Source: a candidate division TM6 bacterium GW2011_GWF2_28_16
Lineage (GTDB): Bacteria > Patescibacteriota > Microgenomatia > UBA1400 > PJMF01
Assembly: GCA_001029715.1 (NCBI GenBank)
Contig: CP011212.1
Location: forward strand, 462,936 to 526,935
Reading direction: 5' to 3'
Length of the DNA: 64,000 bases
Every line of letters begins with the position of its first letter. The stretch's first letter is position 1. This document shows, piece after piece, positions 57,480-64,000 of this stretch. The position numbers and the translations under genes were made by a program. Below the pieces are notes generated by a model that was not told the origin of the DNA, did no database searches, and worked only from the letters and a program-made list of their open reading frames with translations.

Positions 57480-58678
57480 TGAAAATTTTAATGCTCACTC
57501 CTTATCTGCCCTATCCACTCCTTTCTGGTGGACAAATTCGTACTTACAACTTACTTAAAAAATTAAGTAAAAAGCACCAAATTACGCTTTTTGCCTTGAT
57601 TAAGAGTGAAGAAGAAAAACAATATGTAGGTGAACTGGAAAAGTACTGTTATAAAGTCAGAGTTTTTAAACGCACTGAAAAACCTTTTACTTTGAAAAAT
57701 ATTTTTAAAACTGTTTTTTCTAGTTTTCCATTTTTAGTCATTCGCAATCAAGCTGAGGGGAGCTTAGAGGCTGTAGAAAAAGAAATTGCCAGAGAAAAAT
57801 ATGATTTAATTCATGCAGAAACTTTTTACATGATGCCTCATATTCCAAAGTGTAGAATCCCAATTATTCTAGTTGAACAAACGATTGAATATCTGGGTTA
57901 TGAGAGTTACGTTAAAAAAGCCAAATTTTACTTAAAGCCATTTTTTAATATCGATGTCAAAAAGATTCGTCGTTGGGAGAAATATTACTGGCAAAAAGCT
58001 GAGCGTCTCATTGTCATGAGCGAAGAAGATCGTCAATTTATTGCCAAAGATTTAGATAAAGAAAAAATTGACGTAGTTGCTAATGGCGTTGATACCAAAT
58101 GGTTTACAGAAAAGAAACGCCAAATAGTTAATAAGCCAACTGTTCTTTCTGTTGGCACTTTTAAGTGGCTGCCAAATATTGAAGCTGTTGATTTTTTAGT
58201 CAATAAAATTTGGCCTTTAATCAAAATTAAAATGCCTACTGCAGAATTGCTGATTGTTGGCAATGCGCCGACTACCAAAGTCATTGCTTACGGAGAAAAT
58301 GATCCACAGATCAAAGTTGCTGGCAGAGTAGAAGATATTCGTGATGCTTTCCAAAATGCCCATGTTCTCCTGGCTCCAGTTTTTAGTGGCAAAGGAACAC
58401 GCTATAAAATTCTAGAAGCTATGGCTAGCGGAACTCCAGTGGTTGCAAGTAAAATAGCCGTAGAAGGTTTAAAAATTGAAGATGGTCAGCATGTTTTAAC
58501 CAGCAATAGTGCTTCTGTCTTAGCAGATTTGACAGTCAGAGTACTTAATGATAAAAATCTCTGGCAAACACTTTCCAAAAATGGTAAAGAATTTGTTGCA
58601 CTCAATTATGACTGGGAATTAATTTCACAAAAATTAGATAGGATTTATCAAGAAATAGGAAATTATGCAAAAAAATAA
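57479..58678 (+). CDS. GT4 glycosyltransferase
   Basis: PYP..SGG.IR, NGVD, W.PN, G.GTRYKILEAMASG.PVV. Confidence 0.9.
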   Translation: MKILMLTPYLPYPLLSGGQIRTYNLLKKLSKKHQITLFALIKSEEEKQYVGELEKYCYKVRVFKRTEKPFTLKNIFKTVFSSFPFLVIRNQAEGSLEAVEKEIAREKYDLIHAETFYMMPHIPKCRIPIILVEQTIEYLGYESYVKKAKFYLKPFFNIDVKKIRRWEKYYWQKAERLIVMSEEDRQFIAKDLDKEKIDVVANGVDTKWFTEKKRQIVNKPTVLSVGTFKWLPNIEAVDFLVNKIWPLIKIKMPTAELLIVGNAPTTKVIAYGENDPQIKVAGRVEDIRDAFQNAHVLLAPVFSGKGTRYKILEAMASGTPVVASKIAVEGLKIEDGQHVLTSNSASVLADLTVRVLNDKNLWQTLSKNGKEFVALNYDWELISQKLDRIYQEIGNYAKK

Positions 58679-59555
58679 AATTAAAATAGATCTAAGTATT
58701 ATTATTTTGAATTATAATGGTCAGTTTTGGCTTAAAAAATTGCTTCCAACTCTCAAGAAGAACTATCTTGATAAGACTAAATATCAGGTTGAGCTAATCG
58801 TTGTTGATAATGCTAGCACCGATGACAGTGTTAAATTAATGCGTAAAAATTTTAAATGGGCTACTACAATTGAATCTGGTCGCAATGGTGGTTTTGCTTT
58901 TGGCAATAATGTCGCCATTAAAGGCAATCAAGCTCGTTATGTAATGTTACTTAATAGCGACACTGAATTTTTAAATAATAAGCAATCAGATCTTGATCAA
59001 ATTATTGAATATATGGATCAAAATAAAGAAGTTGCTATGGTTTCTCCCAGAGTTGAATTAAGTGACGGCAGTCTTGATCCAGCTTGTCATCGTGGAGAAC
59101 CAACTCCTTGGACAAGTTTTGCTTATTTTACTGGTTTGGAAAAATTATTTCCAAAAATTAAGTTTTTTTCTGGATATCATCAAAGTTACAAAGACTTAAA
59201 AACTATCCATGAAGTCGACGCTTGTACTGGCGCCGCTATGATTGTACGCAATAGTGCTATTAAAAAAGTTGGCATGCTAGATGAAATTTTCTTTATGTAT
59301 GCCGAAGACTTAGATTGGTGTAAACGTTTTCGCGATGCTGGCTATAAGATTGTCTTTTATCCAAAAATTAAAATTATTCATCACAAATACAAATCAGGTA
59401 TTAAAAGTAGCAATAAAAAAACTGCTTCATTTACTCAGCAACATTTTTATAAAACCATGTTGCAATATTACGACAAGCATTACAAAAATAAATATCCTAA
59501 ATTTGTCAGAAAAATTGTGGAGTATTTCGTTCTAATTAAAACAGATGTACGATAA
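58665..59555 (+). CDS. GT2 glycosyltransferase (WbbL-like)
   Basis: VDNASTD, GFAFGNN, LLNSD, FFMYAEDLDWC. Confidence 0.9.
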   Translation: MQKNKIKIDLSIIILNYNGQFWLKKLLPTLKKNYLDKTKYQVELIVVDNASTDDSVKLMRKNFKWATTIESGRNGGFAFGNNVAIKGNQARYVMLLNSDTEFLNNKQSDLDQIIEYMDQNKEVAMVSPRVELSDGSLDPACHRGEPTPWTSFAYFTGLEKLFPKIKFFSGYHQSYKDLKTIHEVDACTGAAMIVRNSAIKKVGMLDEIFFMYAEDLDWCKRFRDAGYKIVFYPKIKIIHHKYKSGIKSSNKKTASFTQQHFYKTMLQYYDKHYKNKYPKFVRKIVEYFVLIKTDVR

Positions 59556-60690
59556 AAAAACTTACAGAATAGGCATTGATGCCAGGTTAGCCGGTCAAAG
59601 ACACGCTGGTATTGGTCGCTATAGTGAAAATCTAATCAAAAACTTAATTGAAATTTCTTCAGAGAAGAATAATAAAACAGCAGTTAAATTTATTTTATTT
59701 TTCTTTGACATGGAGCAAGCCAAAGAAGTCTTAGGTGATTTTTTTGAAAATGAAAATGTTGAAATTGTGATCACTAGCATCAAACATTATGGTTTTAGAG
59801 AACAGATTATTCTTCCTAAAATTTATAAAAAAGCTAAATTAGATTTACTTTATGTACCACATTGGAATGTGCCTTTTCTTTACGAAGGTAAGCTCATTCT
59901 TACTATTCATGATTTACTTTGGTATGAACAAAAAGGCACCCAAGCTACAACGCTCAAGCCCTGGCTTTATTTCATAAAATATCTTGCCCATAAATATGTC
60001 AGTAGAAAAGCCGTCCAAAGAGCTCTTCTTATTTTTGTGCCTACAGAAACCGTTAAAGAAACTGTGACTCATTACTATCCTTTTGCTAAAAATAAAATCA
60101 TTGTTAGCAAAGAAGGAATTGCTCCAGACTATCAAATTACCTTAAAACAAAAAATAGAAATAAAACAAAGAATTAAAAAGCAATTAATCTACACTGGTTC
60201 GCTATATCCTCATAAGAATTTAGAAATTGTTATTAAAAGTCTCAGCAAAATACCTAAGTATAAACTCCTAATTATTTCTTCTCGTAATATCTTTATAGAT
60301 CAAATTAAAACTTTAATTTCTAATTATAAAGTCAAAAAGCAGGTGGTTTTTCTAGGCTATGTTCCTGACAAAAAATTAATTGAACTTTATCAAGAGTCAA
60401 TGGCATTAGTTCAACCATCTCTCTCAGAAGGTTTTGGGTTAACAGGTATTGAAGCTATGGCTAGCCATTTACCAGTTTTAGCTTCAGACATAAAAGTTTT
60501 TAGAGAAATTTATCAAGATGCAGCTTTCTTTTTCAATCCAAAATCTTCAGAAGATTTTGTCAATTCTCTGGAAAATTTGGAGCTAGCTAATCGTAAAAAA
60601 ACTATTGAGCGCGGTTTAAAAATAGCCAGTCAATATAGTTTTGAGAAAATGGCTAAAGAAATCTGGTCAGAGTTTCTCAAACAATTATGA
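59545..60690 (+). CDS. GT4 glycosyltransferase
   Basis: IGIDAR, GIGRY, TIHDL, YPHKN, EGFGLTGIEAM. Confidence 0.9.
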   Translation: MYDKKTYRIGIDARLAGQRHAGIGRYSENLIKNLIEISSEKNNKTAVKFILFFFDMEQAKEVLGDFFENENVEIVITSIKHYGFREQIILPKIYKKAKLDLLYVPHWNVPFLYEGKLILTIHDLLWYEQKGTQATTLKPWLYFIKYLAHKYVSRKAVQRALLIFVPTETVKETVTHYYPFAKNKIIVSKEGIAPDYQITLKQKIEIKQRIKKQLIYTGSLYPHKNLEIVIKSLSKIPKYKLLIISSRNIFIDQIKTLISNYKVKKQVVFLGYVPDKKLIELYQESMALVQPSLSEGFGLTGIEAMASHLPVLASDIKVFREIYQDAAFFFNPKSSEDFVNSLENLELANRKKTIERGLKIASQYSFEKMAKEIWSEFLKQL

Positions 60691-61850
60691 AAAGCAAAAT
60701 TGCCCTGATTTATGATCGAGCTAACACTGCTTACGGCGGGGCAGAGCAAGTGCTTTTAGCACTTAAGTCTCTTTATCCAGAAATTGTTCTTTTTAGTTCA
60801 GTTTATGATTCTAAAAAAGCCAAGTGGACTAAAAAATTTATTATCAAAAGTTCCTTCCTACAAAAAATTCCCTTTGCTAAAAATTTACATCGATATTTAG
60901 CAGCCCTAATGCCACTTGCTTTTGAAACTCTTGATTTGTCGAGTTATGACATCGTCATTTCCGTTACCAGTGCTGAAGCTAAAGGCGTAATCACTCGAAG
61001 AGATCAGCTACACCTTTGTTATTTACTTAGTCCACCACGTTATCTTTATCATTACCAAAATGAATACCTAAGACAAAATCATTTATTGCGCTTGCCAGTT
61101 ATTAATCATTTGGCAAAAAAAGCTCTTTCTTATCTTAAAAAATGGGATCAAACTGCCATTTATCGCCCTGATTTAATTATTCCAATTGCTGAAGTTGTCA
61201 AAAAAAGAGCAGAGAAATATTATAAAAATCTCAAGCTTGAAGAAGTAATTTATCCACCAATTGATTCTTCTTTACTTAATTTTAGAAACTCCAATGAAAA
61301 AAACTCGGACAAAGAAAAATACTTTCTCCTCGTCAGTCGTCTGGTTCCTTATAAAAATGTTGCTCCAGCCATTTTGGCCTGCCAAAAATTGGGCTATAAA
61401 TTAGTTATTGTTGGTGAAGGTCCAGAAGAAAAAAAGCTTAAGCAAATTGCTAACAGATTGACCATTTTTCGTAAAAAACTTAATAAAGAAGAACTGGCTA
61501 ATTTATATCAAAACTGCCAAGCTGTCCTCAGTCCAGGTTTGGATGACTTTGGTATTGCGGCTTTGGAAGCCAACCTTTTTGGCAAAGCCATTATTATTAA
61601 TCAGCTCTCTGGCGCCGCTGAATTAATTAAAGACAATCTACATGGTATTCATTTGTTATATGAAGAAAATGACCAGATGGAAACCATTACAGAAAATTTA
61701 ATTAAAAGTATTAAAAAACTAGAAAAAAATCACTTTGATCAAAAAACACTCAGCAAAAATGCATTGAAATATGATACAAATAAATTCGCTTTTAATTTCG
61801 ACCAAGCTCTCAAAAAAGCTTATAATGCAAAAATGGAAGGAAGATTATGA
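60687..61850 (+). CDS. GT4 glycosyltransferase (WbaZ-like)
   Basis: GGAEQV, FE.LDLS.YD.VIS, VSRLVPYK, DDFGIAALEA. Confidence 0.88.
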   Translation: MKSKIALIYDRANTAYGGAEQVLLALKSLYPEIVLFSSVYDSKKAKWTKKFIIKSSFLQKIPFAKNLHRYLAALMPLAFETLDLSSYDIVISVTSAEAKGVITRRDQLHLCYLLSPPRYLYHYQNEYLRQNHLLRLPVINHLAKKALSYLKKWDQTAIYRPDLIIPIAEVVKKRAEKYYKNLKLEEVIYPPIDSSLLNFRNSNEKNSDKEKYFLLVSRLVPYKNVAPAILACQKLGYKLVIVGEGPEEKKLKQIANRLTIFRKKLNKEELANLYQNCQAVLSPGLDDFGIAALEANLFGKAIIINQLSGAAELIKDNLHGIHLLYEENDQMETITENLIKSIKKLEKNHFDQKTLSKNALKYDTNKFAFNFDQALKKAYNAKMEGRL

Positions 61851-62950
61851 CCGATAAAAAACACATCTACGCCGTACTTCTAGCTGGAGGTGGCGGAACT
61901 AGACTTTGGCCTAAATCAAGAACTCAAACTCCTAAACAATTTCTCAAATTAACTGGTCCAGAAACGATGATGCAAATCGCTGCCTCTCGTATTAATAAAT
62001 TAGTTGACTGGGAAAATATCATTGTCGTTACTAATAAAATTTATCTAGAAGAGGTAAAGAGGCAATTACCAGAAATAAAAGTTGAGAACATCATTGCTGA
62101 ACCAGAAAAAAGAGATACTGCTCCCGCCATGTTGGTAGGCGCTCTGTATGCCAAGAGCAAAGATGAAAATGCCATCGTCATCAATGCTGCTTCTGATCAC
62201 ATTGTTGAAGATATGCCTGAATTCATTAAGGTTATGAGCGCCGCTGTTGAGACAGCTGAGCAAAATCCTTATCTAGTAACCGTCGGCATCACTCCTTCTT
62301 TCCCGACCAGTGCTTTTGGCTACATTAAAGTCGGTCTCGATATTAAAAAAATTAAAAGAGATCTAATGCTCTTTAAGGTCGATAGCTTTACCGAAAAACC
62401 AAATCTCGCCACGGCAATTGCCTTTATTTCTACAGGGGCTTATTTCTGGAATGCCAATATGTATGTCTGGTCAGCTAAAGAACTTAAAGCTGCCTTTGCT
62501 AAGTTCATGCCAGATATGCTTGAAGTTTGCAAAGATCTTGACCAACTAAACAGCAAAGATTTTCATAAAGCTTTGCCAAATGTTTATAAAGAAATTGAAA
62601 GTATTTCTATAGATTACGCCATTAGTGAAAAAGCCGAGAATCTAGTTCTTATCCCTGGAGATTTTGGTTGGAATGATGTCGGCGATTGGAAAGTTGTCTA
62701 TGATCTAGGCAAAAAAGATCTTTCCGGTAATGTTACCATTGGTGATGAAAAGGAAATTCGCACCCTCTCAGTTAATTCGCACAGGAATCTCATTCACACA
62801 GATGGGCGACTGGTGGCTATTTCTGGAATTGATGATTTAATTGTTATAGATACAGATGAAATTCTAATGATTTGTCCTAAGGGAAAAAGTCAAGATGTTA
62901 AAAAATTAGTAGAACGACTCAAAGAAGAACATAAAAAAGAATATCTCTAA
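61847..62950 (+). CDS. manC: Mannose-1-phosphate guanylyltransferase
   Basis: LAGGGGTRLWPKSR..TPKQF, EP..RDTAPA, SDH, FTEKP, SIDYAI.EK, WNDVG. Confidence 0.92.
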   Translation: MTDKKHIYAVLLAGGGGTRLWPKSRTQTPKQFLKLTGPETMMQIAASRINKLVDWENIIVVTNKIYLEEVKRQLPEIKVENIIAEPEKRDTAPAMLVGALYAKSKDENAIVINAASDHIVEDMPEFIKVMSAAVETAEQNPYLVTVGITPSFPTSAFGYIKVGLDIKKIKRDLMLFKVDSFTEKPNLATAIAFISTGAYFWNANMYVWSAKELKAAFAKFMPDMLEVCKDLDQLNSKDFHKALPNVYKEIESISIDYAISEKAENLVLIPGDFGWNDVGDWKVVYDLGKKDLSGNVTIGDEKEIRTLSVNSHRNLIHTDGRLVAISGIDDLIVIDTDEILMICPKGKSQDVKKLVERLKEEHKKEYL

Positions 62951-62954
62951 AGCT

Positions 62955-63581
62955 ATGACTTACGATCAACAAAAAAGAATTATGGATTTAGTGGTGGCCA
63001 GCGTTTTAATCATCGCTTTTTTGCCATTCTGGATAATTGTTCCTCTTTTGATTTTCTTTGATTCTGGTTGGCCAGTTATTTTCACTCATCGTAGAGTTGG
63101 TAAAGATGGAATTGATTTTGAACTTTTTAAATTTCGTTCCATGGTTCTAAATGCTGACGAGATTCTTCACCAAAAAAACCACAAGTTATTGGAACAATTC
63201 AAAAATGGTGACTGGAAAATTGCTGCCAAAGATGACCCTCGCATTACCCCACTAGGCAGATTTTTGCGTTCTTTTACCGTTGATGAATTTCCTCAACTTT
63301 TTAATGTACTCAAGGGAGAAATGAGCATGGTTGGTCCTAGAGCTTATGTCCGCAAAGAGCTCGAAGAGCAAAGTAAAAAATATCCAGAAACTAAAAAATA
63401 TATTCCTCACATTCTCTCAGTTAAACCTGGAGTTACTGGTCCGTGGCAAACAAGCGGTCGCAATGAAATTCCTTTTGCTCAAAGAGCCAAAATGGATGCT
63501 GAATATGCTTCAAAGAAAGAAATTGAAAGCGATTTGCTTATTCTCCTACGCACTCCAAAAGCCATGCTCTCAAAATGGTAG
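62955..63581 (+). CDS. Initiating phosphoglycosyl (sugar) transferase, Bac_transf family
   Basis: KRIMD, KFRSM, DDPRIT..GRFLR...DEFPQLFNVLKGEMSMVGPR, KPGVTG. Confidence 0.92.
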   Translation: MTYDQQKRIMDLVVASVLIIAFLPFWIIVPLLIFFDSGWPVIFTHRRVGKDGIDFELFKFRSMVLNADEILHQKNHKLLEQFKNGDWKIAAKDDPRITPLGRFLRSFTVDEFPQLFNVLKGEMSMVGPRAYVRKELEEQSKKYPETKKYIPHILSVKPGVTGPWQTSGRNEIPFAQRAKMDAEYASKKEIESDLLILLRTPKAMLSKW

Positions 63582-63627
63582 CCATCGTAGTAGTCGTCTC
63601 AGTTTGAGTCTGCTATACTAAAATCTT

Positions 63628-64000
63628 ATGGATATAGAACAAGAACAAATTCTCAATAAATTTTCTCATACTGCTGATAAATATGCTCAAGAAGACAGTT
63701 CACTTTTGGAGCAAGAAATTCAAGCAGAACCAAAAAAAAAGAAGTTAAGACTTCCTCTCAAACCTTGGCAAAAAAGATTATTTATTTCTCTTTTAGTTAT
63801 TCTTGCCTTGTTTGTCAGCGTAGCTAGCTATACCGCTTTCATTATTAGAGATATCAAAAAAGAAATTGATCTAGCCACTCCAATAGCTTTTGAGGCGAAA
63901 ACTTTGCTTGCCAGTCAAAATATAATGGCTTTGCCAGAAAAGATCTTTCAACTCAAAAGCAGCAAAGAAAAAATCCAAGGCAAATATCAAAAATTGGCTT
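63628..64000 (+). CDS. Single-pass membrane protein, 3'-truncated by the window edge
   Basis: Not in the ORF track; TATACT then ATG 63628; reads MDIEQEQILNK...RLFISLLVILALFVSVASY... without a stop to the end. Confidence 0.7.
   Translation, partial: MDIEQEQILNKFSHTADKYAQEDSSLLEQEIQAEPKKKKLRLPLKPWQKRLFISLLVILALFVSVASYTAFIIRDIKKEIDLATPIAFEAKTLLASQNIMALPEKIFQLKSSKEKIQGKYQKLA

Noticed and set aside
1336-63621. Numerous 60-160 aa ORFs nested in or antisense to long genes (e.g. 25052..25459, 35017..35394, 52918..53403)
   Set aside because: Shadow frames of well-supported genes, with no motifs or independent start signals.
1-64000. CRISPR array, IS/transposase, prophage, DGR or retron
   Set aside because: No spaced repeats, transposase, integrase, reverse transcriptase or phage structural motifs seen.

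Overview
AT-rich, gene-dense bacterial window using the standard code (TGA is a stop). It is almost entirely one very large cell-surface glycosylation region: about 12 GT-C-fold membrane glycosyltransferases, 11 GT4 and 9 GT2 enzymes, two Wzx-like flippases, a WaaL/Wzy-like protein, an initiating phosphoglycosyl transferase, nucleotide-sugar enzymes (Glf, GalE-like, UDP-GlcA epimerase-like, Uxs-like, ManC) and SAM-dependent methyltransferases. Interspersed are argS, ruvCAB, an adenosine kinase-like gene with ahcY, two RelBE/DinJ-YafQ-type toxin-antitoxin pairs and a very AT-rich ~10 kb island. Gene content and widespread leaderless starts suggest a Patescibacteria/CPR genome (inference only). 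Two non-coding signals stand out. (1) A 72-nt non-canonical tRNA-like gene (45008-45079, minus) has a tRNA-Pyl-like compact fold, an Arg (ACG) anticodon and Ala identity elements (G3:U70, A73). It is followed by a predicted ~65-nt RNA with its own promoter and terminator, whose 5' 18 nt pair fully with the tRNA anticodon arm; this is a candidate tRNA/anti-tRNA module. (2) Two unrelated ~160-aa orphan genes 24 kb apart share the same upstream architecture: TAACGTCYTATAA motif, sigma70 promoter, boxA-like TGTTCTTTAAAA, long hairpin, SD, then ORF and terminator. All calls come from reading motifs by eye; no database search was run.
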